A stretch of 64,000 bases of DNA from positions 35,868 through 99,867 of the forward strand of contig JAYYFI010000018.1 of the NCBI GenBank assembly GCA_036158955.1, given 5' to 3'. Source of the DNA: Pseudomonadota bacterium (lineage in GTDB: Bacteria; Pseudomonadota; Gammaproteobacteria; Ga0077536). The translations under genes and the position numbers were made by a program. How positions within the stretch are numbered: the stretch's first letter is position 1; the number at the start of each line of letters is the position of its first letter. This document shows positions 39,216 to 47,678 of this stretch, one piece after another. The notes under the pieces were generated by a model. That model was not told the DNA's origin and searched no databases. It saw nothing but the letters and a program-made list of their open reading frames with translations.

Positions 39216-39995
39216 TTAAGAATTGATTATTGCGACTGCCCGAGTCCAGCCAGCAGAAGCTCCTCTTATTTTCACGGGAAAGCAACTTACCGTGAAACCT
39301 TTACTAGGTAACACTTCTAAATTATGCAGTTTTTCAAGGTGACAGTACCCAATCTCTTTACCTGCTTTGTGACCCTCCCATATAAGGGAGTTGTCCCCTG
39401 TTTCCTCGAATCGTTCTTTTGTATGGACAAATGGAGCATCCCATGACCATCCGTCTGTTCCAGTTAATCTCACGCCCCTTTCTAGCAGGTAAAGAGTTGC
39501 CTCTCTACCCATGCCACAACCACTAGCAACATAATCGTCATAACCATAACGTTTACCGGCTTTGGTGTTGACTAATACAATTTCTAGCTCTTTTAAATCA
39601 TGTTCTATTCTTTCTAATTCTCTTTTTACATCGTCTGGAGTCACAACATAGCCATCTTCAAATTCGGTAAAGTCAAGCTTTATGCCTGGCTGGAAACACC
39701 ACTCAAGAGGCACCTCATCAATCGTGATCGCGCGCTCTCCTTTATTCATTGTTGAATGAAAGTGATAAGGCGCATCTAAATGAGTTCCATTATGGGTCAT
39801 TAGATGAATCCATTCTAGAGCCCAACCTTCCCCTTCAGGTAGATCCTCTTTCTCGAGACCGGGGAAAAATTTTACTACATCTTCAGCAGAATCGTTATGA
39901 TTTAAATAATCTATTTTAGGCCTATACCCTGGAGGGTCACTTATAACGTCGTTTTCTAGGTGCATTGAGATATCAATAAAATTTTTGTTTGCCAT
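39216..39995 (-). CDS. cyclase-family protein (kynurenine-formamidase-like metal hydrolase)
   Basis: HxGTHxDxPxH motif ([13 protein letters not shown]) typical of the putative cyclase family. It lies downstream of the Mo-hydroxylase genes on the same strand. Confidence 0.8.
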   Translation of the reverse strand: MANKNFIDISMHLENDVISDPPGYRPKIDYLNHNDSAEDVVKFFPGLEKEDLPEGEGWALEWIHLMTHNGTHLDAPYHFHSTMNKGERAITIDEVPLEWCFQPGIKLDFTEFEDGYVVTPDDVKRELERIEHDLKELEIVLVNTKAGKRYGYDDYVASGCGMGREATLYLLERGVRLTGTDGWSWDAPFVHTKERFEETGDNSLIWEGHKAGKEIGYCHLEKLHNLEVLPSKGFTVSCFPVKIRGASAGWTRAVAIINS

Positions 39996-40014
39996 TTTAC
40001 CTCTCCTTTAGAAT

Positions 40015-42894
40015 TCAGCTTTTACAATTTTCGATAATCTGTCTTAAATTTTTTGGGCTGAGATCACTAGATGTTATTTTAACGCCTATCGGTCTGAGCG
40101 CATCCTCAACGGCCCCCATTATGGCCGTACTGGTAGCTATACATCCATCTTCGCCCCCTCCTTTTGCTCCCACCTCCGTTGACGGTGATTTGGTTTCAAG
40201 ATGATGTATTTCGATTTCAGGGGTTGACCAAATGTTTGGAATTCCATATTCCTTGAGAGTTTTTTGTAACGGCCTGCCTTCTGAATCATAATCAAGTTTT
40301 TCGTAAAGGGTGCCACCAAGTTGTTGCATGATACCTCCAGTGATTTGTCCTTTTAGTAAAAGTGGGTTCAGAATTTTCCCATGATCTGCCACTATCCAAA
40401 TTTTTAATACCTCAACTTTTCCTGTACTTGGTTCAACCTCTACTAATGCTCCTTCCGCGCCATTTGAATGAGCAGGGTAAAACTGAGCTCTTCCGAGCTC
40501 ATCTGCTTTCCAATTTACCTGAGGATGTCTGTAGGTTCCCATTGCTTCAAGGGATGGCTCATCAGCTTGATCTAGGATAATTTCTGCCCCTGGATTGACA
40601 TAGACCGCGTATGCTAATTCTTTAAAAGTGATGGACTGATTTGTGATTTTATTTATAATTTTCCCATTGTCAAATAAAAGGGCTCCTTCGTCGCATTCCA
40701 AAAGAATAGCTGAGGCTATTTCTATTCGTTTTTTTATTTTTTTTGCAGCTTTTATTATAGCACCTACGGCAAACATTGCTCCTCGCGATGAAAAGGTTCC
40801 TGAACCCCAGGGTGTAACATTGGTATCGCCCCAACTAACTCCCACGTCTTCGACGCTGCATCCTAAGTATTCGGCTGTTACTTGGGCATAGACCGTCTCT
40901 ATCCCTTGTCCAATGCTTTGAATACCTGTCTGTACTCGTACGGAACCATCAGCGGCTAAACGAACGTTAACCGATTCATAATTTTGAAAAGCGGAGCTTG
41001 GGAAGGTTGCTCCAGCCGGTTCAATATAGGGAATAAGACTGATACCTAAAAATCGATTATTCGCTAACGCTTGTGATTGTTTTTCTCGGAGTGTCGATAT
41101 ATCCATAATTTTTTCAAGTTTTTCTAAGCATTCTCGTTGAGTTCCATTTTCTAGGATTGGCCCTGTTACTATTTGGTGTGGGTAAGACTTAAGAAGATTT
41201 TTCTTTCTAATTAAGATTTGATCCATTTCGAGTCTATCTGCGGCTAAATCTAATGTTCTTTCTATCAGCATATTAGCTAGGTCCTTGCCAAATCCGCGAT
41301 AAGCATTATAGGGCGCTTTATTGGTTACAACGCATCTTACCCTTGTTTTATAGTTTTCACATACGTAAGGTCCTAATGCAAAAGTACCGCCGTTCAAAGG
41401 CATTCCTAATCCGCAAGCTCTCTCTGCTCCATCGCATCCCATGTCAGCAATTATATCGGTTTCTAGAGCTTTCAATTGTCCGCTTTTGTCAAAAGCACCT
41501 TTAACTTTTGCGGTATAGTCTCGCGCTCCAAATCCTGCTTGAATCCATTCTGATCTTGACTCATGCCATCTGACGGGTTTATCCAGAATAATGCTTCCAA
41601 GTATGGGCAAGTATTCCGTGTCCATAGAAAGTTTGCTTCCAAATCCACCACCAACATCCCCAGCTATTATTTGTATTGAGTTCTCTCTAAGGCCAAAAAC
41701 TCTCGACAGGTAAATCCTGAATTGATGCGGTACTTGCGTTGATGCGTGGATAACCAGACTTTTTTCAAAGCTATCATATTCAGCTCTTACAGCTCTTGTT
41801 TCCATTGGCATAGCGCCAAATCGGTGAGAATCTATTGTTTCCTCTACAATCAGGTCGGCAGAGCTGAAAATGTTTTCAAGTTTGCCGTTTTCGAAGTTAA
41901 AATCTACTTGTACGTTATTGTCCCATGTGTCATAAAGTATTCCGTCTTCTTTTGCTTTAAGTGAATCACACGCTTTCGTATTGACAGGCAGATCCAAATA
42001 TTTAATTTTTACTTTTTCACCTGCAAGGTGAGCTGCGTCTAAACTCTTCGCTATGATTAAAACAACAGGCTCTCCAATAAAAACCACCTTATCGGTGGCT
42101 AATGGATACCTTTTTGGAAGTTTTAGGTCGAGTAAGTCCATGGTAGGTGAGATGGGTTCCCAGTAGTCCTGAGCTTCTCGCCCGGTTAATATTAACTCAA
42201 TATCTGGTTGCTGTTTCGCCTCTTGTGTATCTATTTCAACAATGGTGGCGTGAGCCCTATCCGAACGAAGAATATATGCAAAAAGATCATCATTTTTGAA
42301 AAAATTGTCGGTAAATTTTCCCCGCCCACTCATCAGTCGGCCATCTTCAATTCTAGTTACAGCTTCCCCTATTTTACCTTTTATGTTGGTTTCTTGATTT
42401 TCGAGTTCAACCAATGATTTAGCTTTGCCTGCCGCATGCATAACCGCGTGAATAATATTTTTGTAGCCAGTACATCTACAAATATTTCCAACTAAACCGT
42501 CTTTAATCGAGGGCTCTGTAACTTTATCTCCGTGTTTTTTTAACACATTACGAGCGCTCATAATCATCCCAGCAGTACAGTAACCACATTGAAGGGCATG
42601 ACAATTTGTGAATGAAGATTTTAGCTTTGATGTAAGAGGATCAGATTCAAGCCCTGCAATGGTTGTAATTTCTGATTGACTACATGTGTTAGTGAGTTTC
42701 AGACACGATTTTGTCAACAAACCATCTATCTCAACCGTGCAAGCACCACATGCACCTTCTTCGCAACCTATTCGTACACTTTTATCGCCTAGCTCTTTCA
42801 AAGTGTCGCATAAGTAAGCTCCCGCTGGAAAAGTTTTTTCTATTTTTTTACCATTTAAGGTGAACGAAATAGTTTCTTCTGTTTTGTTTTTCAA
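40015..42894 (-). CDS. xanthine-dehydrogenase/aldehyde-oxidase-family molybdenum hydroxylase with N-terminal fused 2x[2Fe-2S] domains (MOP/CoxS-CoxL fusion)
   Basis: N-terminal plant-type and four-helix 2Fe-2S cysteine clusters (C-x4-C-x2-C…C; CGYCTAGM…CRCTGY), followed by a large MoCo-binding aldehyde-oxidase/xanthine-dehydrogenase domain. 959 aa. Confidence 0.85.
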   Translation of the reverse strand: MKNKTEETISFTLNGKKIEKTFPAGAYLCDTLKELGDKSVRIGCEEGACGACTVEIDGLLTKSCLKLTNTCSQSEITTIAGLESDPLTSKLKSSFTNCHALQCGYCTAGMIMSARNVLKKHGDKVTEPSIKDGLVGNICRCTGYKNIIHAVMHAAGKAKSLVELENQETNIKGKIGEAVTRIEDGRLMSGRGKFTDNFFKNDDLFAYILRSDRAHATIVEIDTQEAKQQPDIELILTGREAQDYWEPISPTMDLLDLKLPKRYPLATDKVVFIGEPVVLIIAKSLDAAHLAGEKVKIKYLDLPVNTKACDSLKAKEDGILYDTWDNNVQVDFNFENGKLENIFSSADLIVEETIDSHRFGAMPMETRAVRAEYDSFEKSLVIHASTQVPHQFRIYLSRVFGLRENSIQIIAGDVGGGFGSKLSMDTEYLPILGSIILDKPVRWHESRSEWIQAGFGARDYTAKVKGAFDKSGQLKALETDIIADMGCDGAERACGLGMPLNGGTFALGPYVCENYKTRVRCVVTNKAPYNAYRGFGKDLANMLIERTLDLAADRLEMDQILIRKKNLLKSYPHQIVTGPILENGTQRECLEKLEKIMDISTLREKQSQALANNRFLGISLIPYIEPAGATFPSSAFQNYESVNVRLAADGSVRVQTGIQSIGQGIETVYAQVTAEYLGCSVEDVGVSWGDTNVTPWGSGTFSSRGAMFAVGAIIKAAKKIKKRIEIASAILLECDEGALLFDNGKIINKITNQSITFKELAYAVYVNPGAEIILDQADEPSLEAMGTYRHPQVNWKADELGRAQFYPAHSNGAEGALVEVEPSTGKVEVLKIWIVADHGKILNPLLLKGQITGGIMQQLGGTLYEKLDYDSEGRPLQKTLKEYGIPNIWSTPEIEIHHLETKSPSTEVGAKGGGEDGCIATSTAIMGAVEDALRPIGVKITSSDLSPKNLRQIIENCKS

Positions 42895-42899
42895 TATAG

Positions 42900-43703
42900 T
42901 TAATCCGCTCTGATTGTGTTACTCAAAATGCTCTCAAGAATATTTAATCTATGATCGAAATCGGCAAACTGATTTGTCATTTTAGTTATTTTGGTTGTTT
43001 TCACAAGATTCATTATAGTGGTTTTCATTCCACTTTTTTCTACTTTTTTAAATTCAAAAGGATAGTTAAACAATCCTCCGATGCAACCGCTTATAAGATC
43101 ACCTTTCTCAATGAGCGCCAAATTTACTAGTGCCAGATCATTTTTCTGTCTTGAAAATTCCTGATATGAGCTGGTTGTAATATCGTTTAAATTAGCTTCT
43201 GCCGATAAAAGCACGAAATCTTTAATGCCTCGAGATATTTTTTGTTCATACAAGGTTTTCAGTGAGATTTTTTTGATTTTCATCGATTTATCAACCAACT
43301 CAACTGTGGTTGACGCGGCAATTAGAGCAATAAGAAGGTTAGCTCTGGGCTCTCCCCAGCATAAATTTCCACCGAGAGTCGCTGAGTTCCTTACTTGGCA
43401 GTCTCCTAAACTATGGGCAGCTTCTATGAGAAATTTTGCATTACCCTGTACATTTTGGTCTTCAATAAGCTCCCTGATTGTTATCCCCGCTCCGATTGAT
43501 AAGATGCTGTTTTTCAGGCTGGTTTTCGAGTTGATTTCAGTTAAGTTTGATATATCGATCAAGTCGGTAATTTTTTTGCGGTAATTACCTTGGCGTATTT
43601 CAGGCACTAACGCTTGACCGCCACTCAATATAAGCCCCCCATTGCTTATAAGCTTGAGTGTCTCTCCGATGTCTTTAGGTGTTAATATTCTCGATATTGG
43701 CAT
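42900..43703 (-). CDS. FAD-binding subunit of molybdenum hydroxylase (CoxM/XdhB-like)
   Basis: FAD_binding_5-type motifs (LSGGQALVPEIRQG…AGITIREL…ATLGGNL). It sits immediately upstream of the Mo subunit on the same strand. Confidence 0.8.
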   Translation of the reverse strand: MPISRILTPKDIGETLKLISNGGLILSGGQALVPEIRQGNYRKKITDLIDISNLTEINSKTSLKNSILSIGAGITIRELIEDQNVQGNAKFLIEAAHSLGDCQVRNSATLGGNLCWGEPRANLLIALIAASTTVELVDKSMKIKKISLKTLYEQKISRGIKDFVLLSAEANLNDITTSSYQEFSRQKNDLALVNLALIEKGDLISGCIGGLFNYPFEFKKVEKSGMKTTIMNLVKTTKITKMTNQFADFDHRLNILESILSNTIRAD

Positions 43704-44020
43704 TTATTTATGTATAGTATTCGGATAAACTAATGTTTTCTAGTCTTGAACTTCAATTTAGGTGGTTCTCTAACTTTTTTTATTGAAATATTAGTTTAAA
43801 AGACGCTAATTTCCAATATAAGTGGCTATCTTTATACACACCGCGAATAAAACATATCGCCAGTTGAAAAATAAGTGTAACTTAGCGCGCAAATCCATAA
43901 TAACACTTTGTAAATTTTATATAAGTTATTGTTTTATATAATGTTATTTATAAGTGGTTAAAAATTAATCAAAATGACAAATTTTGTTTTATTCAGCCCA
44001 GATAATGAAAGGATGAGCTG

Positions 44021-44057
44021 TTAATCCACAAGGTTGTCCACAGCTTTTGTGGGTAAA
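44021..44057. promoter_or_regulatory. cluster of DnaA-box-like 9-mers (TTAATCCACA, TTGTCCACA, and TTACCCACA on the opposite strand)
   Basis: Three near-consensus matches to TTATNCACA fall within 37 bp, inside a 634-bp AT-rich spacer between divergent genes. Confidence 0.3.
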
Positions 44058-44204
44058 AATAATTTGTGTATAAATATGGTGAAAAGGAAATGATAAATTC
44101 CTTAAAAGACGGCTAATTTAATTTATTTTTAGGTATATTTGACTAGATTATCTAAATATACCCTAGTTTGATTGTCTTAAATATGATTGTAAGGTTAAAT
44201 GCAT

Positions 44205-44251
44205 TCGGTTGGTTCAAAAAAATATCGTCCCCCGACGTTTGAACCAACCGA
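44205..44251. promoter_or_regulatory. perfect 14-bp inverted repeat (TCGGTTGGTTCAAA-N19-TTTGAACCAACCGA) upstream of the thioesterase gene; operator or 5'-UTR hairpin
   Basis: The repeat was read directly from the sequence. Its loop contains a nested CGTC-ccc-GACG hairpin. It ends 87 nt upstream of the ATG at 44338 and is embedded in a possible 19-codon uORF (44183-44242). Confidence 0.45.
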
Positions 44252-44337
44252 TTCCTTACCCGCGTTTATACAGTTATAGTATCGACAGCAAGCGGTAGTA
44301 CTTTAATTACTTATTAAGCGAGGTAGATAATTCACAT

Positions 44338-45219
44338 ATGAGAAATGCCGAAAAAATGGCTAATTTAGTCAAAACTAGCAAGGTGGGCGAGTTAGCATTC
44401 GAAGGAACCGCCTCTTTTGATGATGGTAGTGATACCACATACGGAGGGCATTTATTAGCCCAAGCGAGTTATTCAGCGAGTCAAACAGTGACTGATTCGG
44501 GAAAAAGGCTTCACGCTATCACTGCAAATTTTTTGCAGGCTGGTGTATCTGGAAAGAATTATTTATATAAGGTAGAGAAATTAAGTGACGGAAAATCGTT
44601 CTCCCGTCGAAATGTACGGGCTTTTCAGGACAATAGATTGATACTCCAACTTGTCGCATCTTTTTCTAGAGAGAGCGCTGGACTTCAATTCAAAGCTATA
44701 TCTCCACCAGATTTTTCATCTATTCCATCGCCAGAATCACTTCCTACTTACAATGTTTTAATGCGTAGCCTGGATAAAGTTCCGTTTAGAGAGGATTGGG
44801 CGTTTCGACAGCACGGTTTTGATCGTCGTATTATCAAGGCCCCCTGGACAAATGATCAACTTGACTTTTCAGATGGAATAAAAATGTGGATTAAGGCAGA
44901 TGGTCATGTGAATAAATTAAAAAACTTGCATGAGGCCCTACTTATTTATCAAAGTGATGAGTCTCTAGCGGATAATATCCTGATTCCCTTTGGACTTACT
45001 TGGAGCTCGCCAGAGGTATTTATGGTGAGTCTTGATCACTCAATGTGGATCCATCAACCAATTGACGTTAATGAATGGCTTTATATAGAGCAGGAGCCTT
45101 TAATTGCAATTTTTGAAAGAGGTTTAGCCAAAGCTCATGTCTGGAATCCCGAGGGCATTTTGGTAGCTACTTTTTTGCAGGAGGCGCTTTTTAGAGAAAC
45201 CAAAAAACGTTTAGTTTAA
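44338..45219 (+). CDS. tesB: acyl-CoA thioesterase II (TesB-like, double hotdog)
   Basis: 293 aa, the length of TesB-type double-hotdog thioesterases. The product call is by overall N-terminal sequence character and length. An alternative start is at M7 (44356). Confidence 0.75.
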   Translation: MRNAEKMANLVKTSKVGELAFEGTASFDDGSDTTYGGHLLAQASYSASQTVTDSGKRLHAITANFLQAGVSGKNYLYKVEKLSDGKSFSRRNVRAFQDNRLILQLVASFSRESAGLQFKAISPPDFSSIPSPESLPTYNVLMRSLDKVPFREDWAFRQHGFDRRIIKAPWTNDQLDFSDGIKMWIKADGHVNKLKNLHEALLIYQSDESLADNILIPFGLTWSSPEVFMVSLDHSMWIHQPIDVNEWLYIEQEPLIAIFERGLAKAHVWNPEGILVATFLQEALFRETKKRLV

Positions 45220-45887
45220 AATCCATGAAAATGTGCTACGTCTAATAATTCTTCCCTTCTCGTTTGCAATGTATTTTCAATAGCCTCTTTATTTTCATAG
45301 CCCATTGCCATACCTGATACAAGCACTTGGTCAGAAGGTATATTGAGATGTTCAAAAATTGGTTGTTGATAATTTATCCAAGCAGCTTGTGGGCACGTGT
45401 GCAGATTATATTTTCTAGCTGCAAGCATAACCGTTTGCATGAATAAACCAACATCTGACCAGCTTCCTTTGCCTAGATATGAATCGGTAGTAAAAAATAA
45501 TCCTACTGGAGCATCAAAAAAACAAAAGTTTCGCCTGTGTTGTTTGTGGGACTTTTCCCTATCACCTTTTTTTATTCCTAAAAGGCCGTATAAATCCCAA
45601 CCTATGCCCCTTCTACGGTTTCGATGAATTTCTTTCCATTCCGAGGGGTAATAATCATATTTGTCGTAATCGGTAAATTCTCCAAGGTCAAACATCCTTT
45701 GAACGTCCGTTACGATATTGTTTCTTGTCTCACCGGTGCAAATGTAGACATGCCAGGGTTGGGTATTCGTTCCACTAGGAGCTCGCTGTGCAATTGTTAG
45801 GATTTTGGTGATTGTATCTTTTGGAACAGGTGTATCCAAAAAAGCTCTTATAGAACGACGACTTTCAATGGCCTCTATCACATCCAT
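45216..45887 (-). CDS. nitroreductase-family flavoprotein
   Basis: N-terminal RRSIRAF motif and a nitroreductase fold. Its ATG (45885-45887) overlaps the TAA of the upstream Sir2 gene (TAATG). Confidence 0.8.
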   Translation of the reverse strand: MDVIEAIESRRSIRAFLDTPVPKDTITKILTIAQRAPSGTNTQPWHVYICTGETRNNIVTDVQRMFDLGEFTDYDKYDYYPSEWKEIHRNRRRGIGWDLYGLLGIKKGDREKSHKQHRRNFCFFDAPVGLFFTTDSYLGKGSWSDVGLFMQTVMLAARKYNLHTCPQAAWINYQQPIFEHLNIPSDQVLVSGMAMGYENKEAIENTLQTRREELLDVAHFHGF

Positions 45888-46654
45888 TATTTATTCTCCT
45901 GAAGATTGATGTATGCATTTGCAGTAATTTTAAGGTATTTAACATTTTCATAATTTACATTTTTCGGCTCTGGGTCAACGATTATAACTTTGGCTTCGTT
46001 TTGTTTAGCGATATCTAGAGCTATCTGTGTGAAGCCTACACTAAACGATGTACCTAAAAAAACGAATTCAGTAGCTTCACTCATTTTTTTTATAGCCTCT
46101 GAAATCCGATAGGATTCAGTGTAATATTCATCAAACAATAAGACAAACGGCTTTAAGCTGATTCCCAACTCAGGAGTTTTGGTGATATGAGATATCTTAA
46201 ATGCATCTAGTAGTTGATGTTTCAGTTTTTGTTCCGAAAGCTCACTATTGATTTTTTGCCATGGCGCCTCTAAAAGGTTTCCTAATGACTCATTTTCCCC
46301 TAAAAATCTTGAAACTTTGTCAAGTCTTCCGTGGATCGGGATATATTCTTTATTTCCAGCTTTGAAATCTAGAGTGTCGATATTTTGAGTGATTAAAGGC
46401 TTATTGGCTAACCATTTATGAACAGGATTGGGGTTAAGATTTCTGTATGTTGCAAACCTTTTAAAATACCAAAGCAAGAATTCGTCTGGTTGACTAAGAA
46501 ACATCGCTCTTGTTGCCATCTGCTGTGGAGTATAATTACTACTACCAATGGTCCAGAAGCCATCTTGTCCTCTGAAGGTCGGGATTCCGCTTTCCGCACT
46601 AACCCCTGCTCCAGTTATAAAAACTTTCTGTTTCGTTTTTTCTCCGAGTTCCAT
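45887..46654 (-). CDS. Sir2-family NAD-dependent deacylase / ADP-ribosyltransferase-like protein lacking the zinc-ribbon
   Basis: Canonical sirtuin motifs GAGVSAESGIPTFRG, QNIDTL, the catalytic H of IPIHG, FDE and GTSFSV. The Cys4 zinc module between HG and the FDE motif is absent. 255 aa. Confidence 0.75.
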   Translation of the reverse strand: MELGEKTKQKVFITGAGVSAESGIPTFRGQDGFWTIGSSNYTPQQMATRAMFLSQPDEFLLWYFKRFATYRNLNPNPVHKWLANKPLITQNIDTLDFKAGNKEYIPIHGRLDKVSRFLGENESLGNLLEAPWQKINSELSEQKLKHQLLDAFKISHITKTPELGISLKPFVLLFDEYYTESYRISEAIKKMSEATEFVFLGTSFSVGFTQIALDIAKQNEAKVIIVDPEPKNVNYENVKYLKITANAYINLQENK

Positions 46655-46808
46655 TTATAGAGTTGTTTTTTAAATAGAGTTTGAAATTTTTAATCTTTAA
46701 GTTATAGTTTATTAGACTGAAATCATGCTTGTAAAGTTCGGATTATATTAATAAATAATATGTAGGTTGATAATTTAATGTCTTAATTGCCATAAAGCGA
46801 GTACTGAG

Positions 46809-47648
46809 TTGCATAAGATAAATTTCAGAAAAAATGTAATTATATCCACTTGGACATTTACTTTATTGTGGTTAGCGCTTTCCTGTTTTACGTTCCCGGC
46901 ATTAAGTTTGACTCTCAATGAGGCAGCATCTGGAAAGCACCGATCGGCCAAAAATATCGCTCGTAATGATTTCCGTAATCCCGTTAAAACTCTTGATTTT
47001 TTTCAACTGAGAAAAGATATGACCGTGGTTGAATTGTGGCCGGGAAGCTCTGGTTGGTATACCGAGATTCTCGCCCCTTACCTTAAAGACAACGGATTAC
47101 TTTATACTGCTAATTTTGATGGGAGCACTGGTTTAGATTACTTCGAAAGGGGTGCGAGGCGTTTTCAAGAAATGCTTGATTCAAATTCATCAATATTTGA
47201 AAAGGTAATAAATCTACCACTTATGCCTCCAAAAGTAATTCCGTCAATACAGCCAGGTACGGTTGACCTAGTTTTGACATTCAGAAATATGCATAATTGG
47301 TTAATGCGAGATATGGAGGAAGAAGTTCTATCTTTCGCTTATTCTGTATTGAAGCCAAATGGTATTTTTGGTGTGGTAGCTCACCGTTCCAAGGATGATC
47401 AACTTGGAGAGTCAGGCGCTAGCACCGGCTACTTGGGGCAGTCCTTCGTAATTGACTTAGTAGAGAGTTCTGGTTTTAAATTGGTGGAGACATCAGATAT
47501 TAATTCAAATTTAAAAGATAGTACGGACCACCCTAAAGGAGTTTGGAGTTTGCCTCCTAGATTAAGAGAGGGCGACGGAAGTAAAGAATACTATACAAAG
47601 ATCGGTGAGAGTAATCGTATGACATTAAAATTTGTGAAGCTTAAATAG
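46809..47648 (+). CDS. putative class-I SAM-dependent methyltransferase with N-terminal signal peptide
   Basis: Hydrophobic N-terminus (TFTLLWLALSCFTFPALS) and a methyltransferase-like core (VVELWPGSSGWYTEILAPYL). A non-ATG (TTG) start is implied. Confidence 0.45.
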   Translation: MHKINFRKNVIISTWTFTLLWLALSCFTFPALSLTLNEAASGKHRSAKNIARNDFRNPVKTLDFFQLRKDMTVVELWPGSSGWYTEILAPYLKDNGLLYTANFDGSTGLDYFERGARRFQEMLDSNSSIFEKVINLPLMPPKVIPSIQPGTVDLVLTFRNMHNWLMRDMEEEVLSFAYSVLKPNGIFGVVAHRSKDDQLGESGASTGYLGQSFVIDLVESSGFKLVETSDINSNLKDSTDHPKGVWSLPPRLREGDGSKEYYTKIGESNRMTLKFVKLK

Positions 47649-47678
47649 TTCTCTTACATTAAAAAAAATTTTTTATTT

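Noticed and set aside
43704-44337. Interpretation of the long AT-rich spacer with DnaA-box-like motifs as the chromosomal origin oriC
   Set aside because: There are no dnaA, dnaN, gidA or mioC genes in the vicinity. The flanking genes are catabolic and divergently transcribed. The DnaA-like boxes are near-consensus, not exact. I kept it as a lower-confidence regulatory-region finding rather than calling an origin.
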